From Octopus sinensis (taxonomy: Eukaryota), in contig NC_043018.1 in assembly GCF_006345805.1 (NCBI RefSeq), forward strand, positions 23,932,001 to 23,996,000: 64,000 nucleotides of DNA. Reading direction: 5' to 3'. Shown here one piece after another: positions 49,072 to 60,790 of this stretch (the first letter of the stretch is position 1; every line of letters begins with the position of its first letter). Both the position numbers and the translations under genes were made by a program. The notes beneath the pieces are model-generated. The model was given only the letters and a program-made list of their open reading frames with translations. It was not told the DNA's origin and searched no databases.

Positions 49072-49770
49072 CATGGAAGTTTTGAAGGATGCAGTTCTCC
49101 GAAAACTAACAACTGACGCCGGCAGTTTGTTCCATGCTTCAGCAACTCTCAGCGTGAAAAAATGTTTCCTAAAGTCATGGGAGCTGTGCTGTTTTCTGAC
49201 TTTGTAAATATGTCCATGGGTGGAGTTTGAAAAGGTGCTCAGAGTTATTGTTTGTAAGATGGTTAATAATTTTATGGGTGTCTGCCAAGTCAGCTGCCAG
49301 ACGTCAGAGTTTCAATGTGTTCATGCCCAGGGAAGTAAGGCGTTCAGAATATGGCAAATGCCTGATGGAGGGTATTCTTTTGGTTGCACATCGCTGAACG
49401 GCTTCCAGACGATTAATATCCTGGGCAAGATGGGGGTTCCAGACTGGTGATGCAAATTCCAGGTGAAGTCTTACCATAGCTATATAAAGCCGCAGATAGA
49501 TAGCCGGAGAGTGGCTCACAAAGGACACCCCTATTGGTTGTCTCCTAATGGACTGTGCCATAATATAAATGGACATATGCAGAGGGACTTCAGAGCAGTG
49601 TAAAGCTGAGAGTTGTGTATTGTTGAGGGTTATTACCAGTACCCTGAGTAGAATGATTTGCGAGGACATTATTAATATCCAGTTATATCGACATTGAACA
49701 TACAATACAACAAATAATAAAGCCGACTCTGACGGGATTGCAATCCGGAATGTAAAGCATTTTATTTGGT
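49072..49770 (-). mobile_element. CR1-clade LINE 3' fragment (others at ~46370-46560(-), 55690-56060(+), 62170-62340(+))
   Basis: YIAMVRLHLEFASPVWNPHLAQDINRLEAVQRCATKRIP...YSERL. Confidence 0.8.
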
Positions 49771-51549
49771 GCACTATAAATTCTGCTCAAAACATAAATT
49801 TATGGAAAATAATGACAAAACATTTTTTTTATTGAAAACTATATATTATTTATTTTATTTTTTACCTTTTGAGATTGCAAGATACAACCACATACATACA
49901 TTTATATACATATTTAAATACATGCATACATATCCATATGAATTTACACACACACACGCGCGCGCATGCATTTTCACACATACACAAAAAGTAACAATAA
50001 TTATTAGTTGATATTTTCGTGTAAATTAATATATTAACTGACTTAACAATACAAATAAGGTAAGCAATATTTGAATAGGGGTGAGAGGGCGATGAATATG
50101 CATCACTCTCACCACCAGTCAAGCAGAGAAAATATTTATTACAATACTGAAGTTGACTACTTTTCCATTACTCCAAATTTCTTGCTGAATAGGCAATCAG
50201 CAGATTTTAATAAATGTCAGCAGGGAGGTGTATCAGCAAAAAAAAAAAAGTGTTTCCAATGTCAATGGGCTTCTTTCAATAACATTCAGCATCACGTGAT
50301 ACCATAAAGTAAACTTTAGGTTTGACTTATTTATATCAGATGGTCAAATGCATCAAAAAAATATTCCTAATACTAACAATTTTTCCATTGCCTTTCAACA
50401 GTACAAGACAGTAGGCTGTAAACTACCAGTCAATCTTGTTAAAATCTGGGAGTTCAATTTGATTCTATTGCTCCGTCATAGTTTGCCAGGCAGAACTTAT
50501 TTTCATGAGCATTTTTACGTTTTCTCTCTCTCTAATTAAAATATATGTTAGCTTCCAGAATATATGAGACTTCTAAGCAATAGCTAGCTGATGGTACTTT
50601 GTACCATTTATATATGGAGTGCTGTATTCAATAACTAAGAACTTGATATTACAATTGTCATTTAATTATTTAATTAACATTTATTTAATTACCATAACAT
50701 AAGGTTGTGACATTCCCCTTTCTATCATGCCTGAAAATGGATTTGTCGTTCAAGTGGGAGCATTTAAAGTAACCTCCATTCACACCAGTATAACACTTTA
50801 TGTTAAGCATTTTCCATCCAAATGACAGTTCTTGTTAGTCCTACAGTTACACACAATCTCTAGAGAGTGATACAAATTGGCTTCCAAAGTTTACTCTTTA
50901 TAATACAGCCAATTTTTCATACAGTTATAATTTGTTTTGATATTCATCATCATCATTTAAAGTCTGCCTTCCATGCTGGCATGGGTTGGACACTTTGACA
51001 GGAGCCAGCCAGGTGATGCCAGACTTCTGTGTCTGTTTTGGCATGGTTTTTTAATACATGTGGTACTTGTAACTGTTTAGGAAGTGATTTTATTTCTCAA
51101 TTTTTTTCTTTTTATTGGTACTAAAAATTGTTAGCAATGTTTCATAATAATCATTCGAAATTTTTGTTAAAAAAAAAAAAGAAAAAGAAAAATGTTTAAA
51201 TCAGATGATGTTGCATTTTCTGGGGGTTTTTTTGTCATTTTTCCTCCTTTTTTAGTAAGTAATTATTAATGTTGATAAGATTTCTTTTCATTCACATACA
51301 ATAGCTGCTGTTCCATTAAGAAAATAAAGTAATAGAAAAATCATACTTAATAATAATAATAACTATAATTATAATTATTATTATTTCTAGCACAGGGTCA
51401 ATCAATACCATCAATCTCAGTACTTGACTGGTACTTTATTTTATCAGCCCCAAAAAGGATGAAAGGCAAAGCTGACCATGGCAGGAACTGAACATAATAA
51501 TAATAATAACATTTGCATCATTTACATATTAATGATAACATGTATATAT

Positions 51550-51581
<32 letters not shown>

Positions 51582-51890
51582 CACACACACAAACTGGAAC
51601 TCTCACACGTAATTTCAACATCCGTTTATTATTAACATTGAATGCATTTTATAATTTTAGATTCCTTTGATTGTATTATCTGGTTTACCTATTTTATATG
51701 TATACACACATACATGTACATACAGATACATATATAAATATACATACACAGACACTGACAGGCATACACATATGCGCATATATATATGTGTGTGTGTGTG
51801 TGTGGTGTGTGTATACACTATATATATATATATACATACATACATACATATAAGCATACATATACATTCACATATATACATAAGTATCTA

Positions 51891-51946
<56 letters not shown>

Positions 51947-52210
51947 CATACACAACACACACATTATATATATATATGTATGTATATATATATACACACA
52001 CACACATATATATACATGCACACACTGTCAGTATGTGTGTGAGTATGTCTGGAATGATGATTATCAAATTTGATTGGTAAACTTCAAAGACACTGCTTTT
52101 CTGCATAGGGGTTCTATATGGAAATGCTGATCCTAGTCTGAGGGGACACACAGACATTCTACTATGACATTCACGTAAGTTTGACATTAGTCTGAGATTC
52201 AGCAGTGTCT

Positions 52211-52231
52211 TCATCCATTTCTTCCCAAATC
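52211..52231 (-). CDS. IP3K: IP3 3-kinase, terminal coding exon (IWEENG*)
   Basis: Acceptor ttctttgatttattccag|; phase 0; completes GLDNIIQ-IWEE. Confidence 0.65.
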   Translation of the reverse strand, partial: DLGRNG

Positions 52232-52736
52232 TGGAATAAATCAAAGAAATACATCATATTATTATTATTATTATAAAATGTATCTTTCTGGATGATGGAG
52301 TGTGTTCTATGTATACATCATATATACATGTGTGTGTGTGTGTGAGTGAGAGAGACAGAGAGAGAGAGAGTGTGTATTTCCATACATATGCAGGTTGTAG
52401 TACTGTGGATGTGTGCTTCCATAAGTGTGTGTGTGTGTGTGTTTATTTTGAGATTTATGAAAATCTGTACAGAAATTCATGCTGAAATCTATGCTTGTGT
52501 GGACATGTGAATCTATTTTTCTCTCTCTCTTTTCACAAACCTAACACACATACACACACACTTTCCAGAAGTTTATCATTTAAGTATATATGAGCATGTC
52601 CAGATATGCAAGTATATGCATGAGAAAATATACATAAAACAAAACATACAAATCTGCACATATATGATTGATTGATTCTAGTTTCAGCTCATGAGCTGTG
52701 GCCATGCTGGGGCACCGCCATTTAAAATTTCTGTGC

Positions 52737-52803
52737 AGCCCCCAGTGAGAAACGAACTCACGACCCCTGGTTTACAAGACCAGTGCTCTAACCTCTGAGC
52801 TAT
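52737..52803 (-). pseudogene. tRNA-Thr(TGT)-like sequence lacking the 5' acceptor strand, fused to a SINE tail (52680-52720)
   Basis: AGCTCAGAGGTTAGAGCACTGGTC-T-TGT-AA-ACCAGGGGTCGTGAGTTCGTTTCTCACTGGGGGC; the 5' GGCTCC-type strand is replaced by (TA)n. Confidence 0.75.
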
Positions 52804-53967
52804 ATATATATATATATATATACATGCATTCAAAAATACCCTGTGGCTGATGTTGAAGTTCCAATGGAGGAGCCTTGGATCTAAGTTAGAAACCAGCTCT
52901 TTCTCTATTGGCAAGAAATCATGAAATAAAAACTGAATAATGACACATATATAGTAGTGTAGGCATGGCAGCGTGGTAAAGAGGTTCAAATTGCAAGCTT
53001 AGGGTTTGGGGTTCAGGCACACTTCATAACACCTTTAGTAAATACCTTCTGCTGTGGCCAGAGACCACCCAATACCTTGTGAGTGGGTCTGACGGAGGAA
53101 AATTGTACAAAATCCATTGTCATCATCATCATCATTATTTAACATCCATTGACCATACTGACATGGTTTCAACAGTTTGACCAGGGCTGTCAAACTGGAA
53201 GGCTGCACCAGACTCCAGTCTGATTTGGCATGGTTTCCTACAGCTGGAAGCCCTTCCTAACACCAACCATTCTGAGAGTGTAATAGGTGCCACAACTGTG
53301 ATTTTGCTCGGCTTGATGGCTCTTCTTCTCAAGCACAATATAACACCAAAGGTCTTGGTCATTGCTTCCATAAGGCCTAATGCTCAAAAGGAACTCAGCT
53401 ACTTTGCCTCCTTGAGCCCCAACACTTGAAAGGAACTCGGTCACTTTGCCTCCATGAGGCCCAACACTCAAAAGGAACTCAGCCACTTTGCCTCTGTGAG
53501 GCCTAACGCTTGAAAGGAACTCAACCATTTTTCCGCCATGAGGCCCAATGTTTGAACTGTGCTCTTTACGTGCCACTGGCACAGGTGCCAATTATGTGGC
53601 ACCAGCATCGGCCATGACTATGATTTCACTTGGCTTGACAGGTCTTCTCAAGCACAGTGTATTGCCAAAGGTCTCAGACACTAATCATAGCCTCTGTGAG
53701 ACTCAAAGTTCAAAGATCATGCTGCATCACTTTGTTGCACCACTTTGTTGCACGTCTTCCTGGGTCTGCTTCTGTGACAGATTCCCTCCACAGTTAGAGA
53801 TTGGCACTTCTTTACACAGCTGTCCTCATCCATATGCATCACATGACTTGTGTGTATGGTAAGTTCCAAACCTGCATATATATGTGTGTGTGTGTGTTTG
53901 TGTGTGAATATATATATATTTATTGTTTGTGCATGTGACAATGCATGTTAATCAATAGAGAATATAC

Positions 53968-54144
53968 CTGTATGATATTATCTAAACCGAAGAGGACACC
54001 ATCTTCATAGGAATTCTTCTTCCAGCGGCTGCGGTGGTCAATTTGGATGTGGTCTGGTACAGGAGTTGTCTTTGTGAAATCTATTAGCCAGACCCCAGTT
54101 TTGCCAGTGCTGTCATATATTGCCAATAACGAACTTCCAATTAA
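53968..54144 (-). CDS. IP3K: IP3 3-kinase exon (SSLL and IDF motifs)
   Basis: ttttcag| ... |gtatat; 177 nt; LIGSSLLAIYDSTGKTGVWLIDFTKTTPVPDHIQIDHRSRWKKNSYEDGVLFGLDNIIQ matches the ITPKA/B/C C-terminal consensus (IGSSLL...GVWLIDFGKT..DHR..W...N.EDGYL.GLDN). Confidence 0.92.
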
Positions 54145-54629
54145 CTGAAAAAAAAAAAAAAGAGAAAAAAATTATTGTTAAATACAAACTTCTTTTGAGT
54201 CGTCCCTCACTACAATACTTGTTGATGCTTATTTTAATTTTCAGAATAAGCACAAGGCCAGAAATTTGGTGGAGTGAGGCAGGGAAGTGTATAATTGATT
54301 GTATGTAACTAGTATTTATTCTTTCCACCCTAGAGGGATGGAAAGTAAAAGCTGATCTAAGTGGAATTTGAACTCAAAATAAAGTGAAGAGTTGCCCAAC
54401 ACTCTCATGGTTCTTCCAATCCACCACCTAAAAGGTTATTATTATGTTGACTTCAAATTTTGGCACAATGCCAGCAATTTAGAAGGAAGGATTAAGTTGA
54501 TTATATCAACACTTGAATTTAACTGGTACTTATTTTATCAACCCTGAAAGGATGAAAGACAAAGTCAACCTTGGTGGAATTTGAACTCAAAACATAAAAA
54601 ACAGATGAAATGCTGCTAAGCATTTTGTG

Positions 54630-54900
54630 TGGCATGTGTGGGATGACGTCAGCAGCTGGGGAGCTGACCGGAACTTGGGGCTGAGCGGAAGGGGCAGCGG
54701 TGACACGCGTGCAGCGAGGGCAGGATTCTGCCTTTTTTCGAGTCAGGTCGCCGAGTGGGTAAGACGGGTCAGCATGTTGTTAAGGTTTGGGAGAAGCAGC
54801 TGCTATCTCTAGCATTCGGGTCGGGCTGTGTTGAAGGATCCATTACCGCTGAAGGGTCTCCATCTGAGCGAAGATAAGGTAGGTGCCTTTATTTCGAATC
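54630..54900 (+). promoter_or_regulatory. GC/CpG-rich island in an IP3K intron with CRE and ETS-like motifs
   Basis: TGACGTCA at 54644-54651, CCGGAAC and GCGGAAG motifs, and plus-strand donor-like GTAAGA (~54759) and GTAGGT (~54879) in otherwise AT-rich DNA. Confidence 0.35.
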
Positions 54901-55032
54901 TCTCGCATACACCACAGCATGCTAATGATTCTGCTAGCACATCACCTTACCTTAATCAAATATTAAGAGGGAATGGGGAAAGAGGAAGGAAAGGAATGGG
55001 ATGGAGTAGTTTAGGTAAGAAGTGACTTTTAC

Positions 55033-55149
55033 CTGGTGTTTCATGAAAAATGTTGATGATTCTAAAACGGAACGCATCTCTCTGAGACGCCGAAGAAACG
55101 AGTGTCGTACTACTTTGTTTCGCAAAAATTTGTGAATGATATGTGTAAC
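55033..55149 (-). CDS. IP3K: IP3 3-kinase exon
   Basis: cttccccag| ... |gtaaaa; 117 nt; VTHIIHKFL...FLRRLREMRSVLESSTFFMKHQ. Confidence 0.9.
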
Positions 55150-57659
55150 CTGGGGAAGAGAGAAAAACAAAATGAACAAAACAAATATATGGATTAAAAG
55201 CCATGCTAACGTTGTAAACATTACTGACCAAATATACTCGATGTGTTTTGCTTGTTTGCTGAGGTACAGCATTCAGGGGATGACTCCTGTTTAGCACTGG
55301 GTGTTAAAACACCTGAGATTCCTAGACATGGAAGACAATTCACCTCCAATCTCTTTCAGGTGTGATGGATACCGATATTTCACTATTTTTGTGACTTGTC
55401 AACATCATGTACCTGAATCAGACGGGGGACAAACTCAATGACCAACCTATAACTCTATACAAATAGTGTCAGAACTACTTGCTGGCATGCTACAGCAATG
55501 CATATATAAGATTAAATTGAATTCTGAATTAAAACCAGCACTAGCCATTTCAAAAGTTTGATTACAACAAAACATAAGTCCTCACAAGAGTGTTCATAAT
55601 GTAGTTAACATATGTAGTGATGTTGTTTAGCTCCAGGTCAACCCTAAGCAAACTTCTGAGCGAAGATGTTCCAGTTGTGACCATGCTTTTCCTTTTTGTT
55701 TCTCCTAGGCATAGTGTATGTACCTGAACCCGTCTAACACCTGTGGACATATTTACAAAGTCAGAAAACAGCACAGTTCCCATGACTTTAGGAGACATTT
55801 TTTCACGCTGAGAGTTGCTGAAGCATGGAACAAACTGCTGGCATCAGTTGTTAGTTGTCGGAGCACTGCATCCTTCAAAACTTCCATGCTTTCTGAGATT
55901 CGCCAACACTACACCTGATTTTCTCCCCTCCATACACACACAAGTATGTATCTGACTCCTACATTGTTCGCTTTCCAGACATTTGTACATTACTGCATAT
56001 ACTTTATATGCACTGTCTGACAAGTTGTGGTGCATTTGAGCACTGTATACAATAATTTTATTATCATCATCATCATCATTTAACGTCCGCTGCACCAGGA
56101 CCAGTCTGATCTGGCAGTGTTTCTACAGCTGGATGCCCTTCCTAACACCAACCACTCCGTGAGTGTAGTGGGTGCTTTTTACGTACCACCGGCACAGGTG
56201 CCAGACGGGGCTGGCAGACGACCACGATTGGATGGTGCTTTTTATGTGCCACCGGCACGGGAACCAGACGAAGCTGGCAACGGCCACGGTCGGATGGTGC
56301 TTTTTATGTGCCACCGACACGGAGGCCAGTCGGGCGGCACTATTATATTATTATCAACTGTATGCTTCATTTCTTTTTTAAGATTATTGGTTGTGATTTA
56401 AAGGAGATTTGATTGCTATTTCTAGAAGCCAGAGCAAAAGAAAGGTTCCTTTATTGGCTTTTGTGTAAAAATGTGATCCATATATGTGAATATTTGTTTA
56501 TTTAAAACCATAGTCTTTGATTCAGGGAAATTTGAGAAATCCAGCAGGGGGAAATTCTTTATCGTTTTTTGTTCTATTATGCACTCAATTTATTTTCCTT
56601 AATACTGATGTTAATATTAAATTGACGCTGCAGTAAAAGATTTAAGTTAATTTTAATCTCTGTGTATAAAAGACTACTTTTTCTTATACACCGGAGTAAA
56701 TTGGGAAATTGAACTGGTAAAGGGAGATAATTACCAATACATCTTTTATAATTATTTCCCTTCGTAACATTCTTCGCTGGAGATGATATATTTTGCAAAA
56801 ACACTTCACTCAAAGAAACGCTCTTGTATTCCACCTTCTCATCATGAACAATCTCGGAATAAAAGCCGCAAAGTCACTACAAATGCTAGATTTCACAACC
56901 TCGGACGATCGTACTTACTGAACCGATGTACGTACGTACGTACATACATACATACATACATACATACACACACACATACGTCTGGTGGTGTGGGCTTTGG
57001 CCTAGTCACCCGTATTGTAAACCAGTATAAGGGCTGTACAGGCACTATACAGAGATGCCGTCAATGGGGTTAGGATTGGAAATGAGTATAGTGAAGAATT
57101 CCGGGTAGAAGTAGGGGTCTACCAAGGATCAGCCCTCAGCCACCACTTATTCATCATAGTCCTCCAGATAATAACAGAGAAATTCAAGACAAGTTGCCCC
57201 TGGGAACTCCTCTATGCTGATGATCTGGCCCTCATAGCAGAATCACAACCAGAACTAGAGAAGAAGCTTCAAATCTGGAAGCAAGGTTTAGAATCGAAAG
57301 GCCTTAGAGTCAATGGTGCAAAGACCAAAGTTCTAGTTAGTAGGAAGACGAACACATCACATGACCCTTCATGTAGGTGGCCCTGCTCGATCTTTAGAAA
57401 AGGTGTAGGTAGAAATTCCATTGGATGCTAATGGGCTAGACATTATCTCTGAGTTTACCTGTCTCTCTCACTTCAGCATCTCTCTGGTAATAGGAATGTT
57501 CCGTCATTGACTAGCAATGCGTAGCATTCTCATGGTTATGTCGATCCAATAGTGATCATCACTCATGACTCTGAGGCTGAGTTACTTTCATACAACTCAC
57601 ATTTGATATTATGAAGCAGAGGAAATAAAACAATAAAGATTCTAAATCTATGGACTTAC

Positions 57660-57713
57660 TTGTTCTCTTGTTTTGACTTTTTTCAAATTAGCATTTGGTG
57701 CTTCTCCAGACAT
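57660..57713 (-). CDS. IP3K: IP3 3-kinase exon
   Basis: tctgttgcag| ... |gtaagt; 54 nt; MSGEAPNANLKKVKTREQ. Confidence 0.88.
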
Positions 57714-58624
57714 CTGCAACAGATACAGAGGATGATTAACTCAGCAGAATTTTTAAATGGTTTTTCTCACACAGACAGACACAAAAATAGACATGTACAA
57801 ACATACACTGAAACATATATAGTTATACAGTACACATAAACAAACACACACACACACACACATATATATTTATATACATATATATATACATTCTGTTGTG
57901 TCTGGGGAGGGTCATTTGCTTTTTGTGCCTTATAATGTAACACACTCACTGGTAAAATTTCCAGACTATTGAAAAGGTTGCAAGACGCAAAAAAAATTTT
58001 AGGAAAATAAAAATAAGCGGAAATTTTACCGGTGAGTGTGTTACATTATAAGGCACAAAAAGAAAATTATTTCCCCAGACACAACAGAATATGCTTCAAC
58101 ACACAAACTCATATAAAGAATCTTGCAAACCAAATCCAAAAACAGAATATATATATATATATATATATACATATATATATGTGTGTGTGTGTGACTTTGG
58201 AGGGATATGTTACCTGGGCGGATACTGTATTGGCTCTTAGTTAAGTTCCAATTAATGGCTAACAACTTAATGTCTGTGATTACTATTGTTGTTAATCACT
58301 CTGTGAATTCTTTTGATGGTTAATTCCATGTAAATGCTTTGCTGGATGGTAAAAACTGTCTGGAGTATATATTATTATTAATAATAATAAACAGTATGGA
58401 GACTTCAACATCCACAAAATTTATTTTATGACTTAATACTTACATATAAATGTGTGTGTGTGTCTGTGTGTATATATATATATACACACACACACACATA
58501 TACATGGTTCCGGGTTCAGTCCCACTGCATGGCACCTTGGGCAAGTGTCTTCTACTATAGCCTCAGGCCAACCAAAGCCTTGTGAGTGGAATTCGTAGAC
58601 GGTAACTGAAAGAAGCCTGTTGTA

Positions 58625-58664
<40 letters not shown>

Positions 58665-58876
58665 ATTATATGTTTGTGTGCCTGTGTTTGTCGCCCCAAC
58701 ATTGCTTGATAACCGATGCTGGTGTGTTTATGTCCCCGTAACTTAGCAGTTCGATAAAAGAGACCGATAGAATAAGTACTAGTATTACAAAGAATAAGAC
58801 CTGGGGTCGATTTGCTCGACTAAAGGTGGTGCTCCAGCATGGCCACAGTCACATGACTGAAACAAGTAAAAGAGTA

Positions 58877-58929
<53 letters not shown>

Positions 58930-58933
<4 letters not shown>

Positions 58934-59576
58934 AAATTAGAGAATGGAGAAATATACTTAAATCAGTAAAACATCAACTATCCGATGATACTCAATCCAT
59001 ACTTTAATACACCATTACATATGAGTAAAGGCAATGCATAAAATGAAATGAGATATACAGTAATAGTAAAAAGATAAAGAGATATAAGTAAAAAATTTTC
59101 AAATATAATATGCAAATAAATCAAAACTGACAGCTGTTTTGGCAGTGAGGACAGTCATACCTCATTTAACCTATAAGCCATAAAGGCAGGTATAAATGAG
59201 GCATTAACAAGGATGCCCCACGGCCTCTTCAGAGAATTAAATTAAATTTGTTATAATAGTGAAAAATATTATACAATCATATACATATAAATATAAAAAT
59301 ATAAAAATGTAAAATATAAAAACTTATACATCATAATGCTACACTTATATAATATAATACACATTTGTACAAAAAAGGAAGGTAAACAGAACAAAATAAA
59401 ACAAAATATATAATAGTGTATATTAATATCAATAAGTACCGATATTATACATATTTGGCTATAGTTCTTTTATATATATAAAAAAAAGGCTAACATATAT
59501 GGAGATGAAAAATAATAATTAAATCCGTGGTACAGTTCATAAGATTCTAAAGCTATAAAAGTTAATAAAAATTACT

Positions 59577-59631
<55 letters not shown>

Positions 59632-60275
59632 TATAATAAAAAATAGATACAGTTAAGTTAGCACCAAGTCCATCCTTACAAGATCGAAATTATTATTTTT
59701 CATCTCCATATATGTTAGCCTTTTTTTTATATATATAAAAAAACTATTAGCCAAATATGTATAATATCGGTACTTATTGATATTAATATATACACTATTA
59801 TATATTTTGTTTTATTTTGTTCTGTTTACCTTCCTTTTTGTACAAATGTGTATTATATTATATAAGTGTAGCATTATGATGTATAAGTTTTTATATTTTA
59901 CATTTTTATATTTTATATTTATATGTATATGATTGTATAATATTTTTCACTATTATAACAAATTTAATTTAATTCTCTGAAGAGGCCGGGGCATCTTGTT
60001 AATGCCTCATTTATACCTGCCTTTATGGCTATAGGTTAAATGAGGTATGACTGTCCTCACTGCCGAAACAGCTGTCAGTTTTGATTTATTTGCATATTAT
60101 ATTTGAAAATTTTTTACTTATATCTCTTTATCTTTTTACTATTACTGTATATCATTTCATTTTATGTATTGCCTTTACTCATATGTAATGGTGTATTAAA
60201 GTATATGGATTGAGTATCATCGGATAGTTGATGTTTTACTGATTTAAGTATATTTCTCCATTCTCTAATTTTGTA
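58930..60275. repeat. Large inverted repeat (~590-bp arms, ~165-bp spacer with (AAT)n), Penelope-like remnant
   Basis: 58930-59521 is a near-perfect reverse complement of 59687-60275; the left flank is (TA)n. Confidence 0.95.
59971..60082 (+). ncRNA. Candidate Penelope-type hammerhead ribozyme with branched long stem II
   Basis: ct-CTGAAGA-GGC[...]GCC-GAAA-CAGCTG-TC-ag: all core positions are canonical, stem III is palindromic, and a GUC site lies at 60074-60076. Confidence 0.65.
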
Positions 60276-60439
60276 GTATTAATTTACGGTAATATTATTA
60301 CCTTTACCCATATAATGCAATAGATGAACTGATTGTTTGACAATTTTTAACATCTATGTATTAATTTTGTTGGGTACCTATCTAGCAGTATATTGGATAT
60401 ATATTATCCCATGGTGGGTTGAATTTTCAACCCCTATCT

Positions 60440-60488
<49 letters not shown>

Positions 60489-60559
60489 TATATACATGCA
60501 ATGAGTATATAAGGATAAATTATCCTGGCAGGTACCATACAAGTACTCAGGTATATATT

Positions 60560-60790
60560 TCTTTACTACCCACAAGGGGATAAACACAGAGGGGACAAAC
60601 AAGGACAGACAAACGGATTATGTCGATTATATCGACCCCAGTGCGTAACTCGTGCTTAATTTATCGACCCTGAAAGGATGAAAGGCAAAGTCGACCTCGG
60701 CAGAATTTGAACTCAGAACGTAGCGGCAGACGAAATACGGCTACGCATTTCGCCAGGTGTGCTAACGTTTCTGCCAGCTCGCCGCAGTAC
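60560..60790 (-). mobile_element. Fourth SINE-like family (copies at ~62610-62780, degraded at 48660-48830, 51390-51500, 54230-54630)
   Basis: Recurring tatcgaccccagtgcgtaactggtacttaatttatcgaccccgaaaggatgaaaggcaaagtcgacctcggcggaatttgaactc. Confidence 0.7.

Noticed and set aside
53920-53967. Read-through C-terminus VYSLLINMHCHMHKQ for IP3K
   Set aside because: A GT donor at 53967 and a downstream acceptor giving IWEENG* fit the family C-terminus better; intron retention is not excluded.
56577-57073. 85- and 96-aa ORFs in an IP3K intron
   Set aside because: No recognisable domain and not needed for the in-frame IP3K model.
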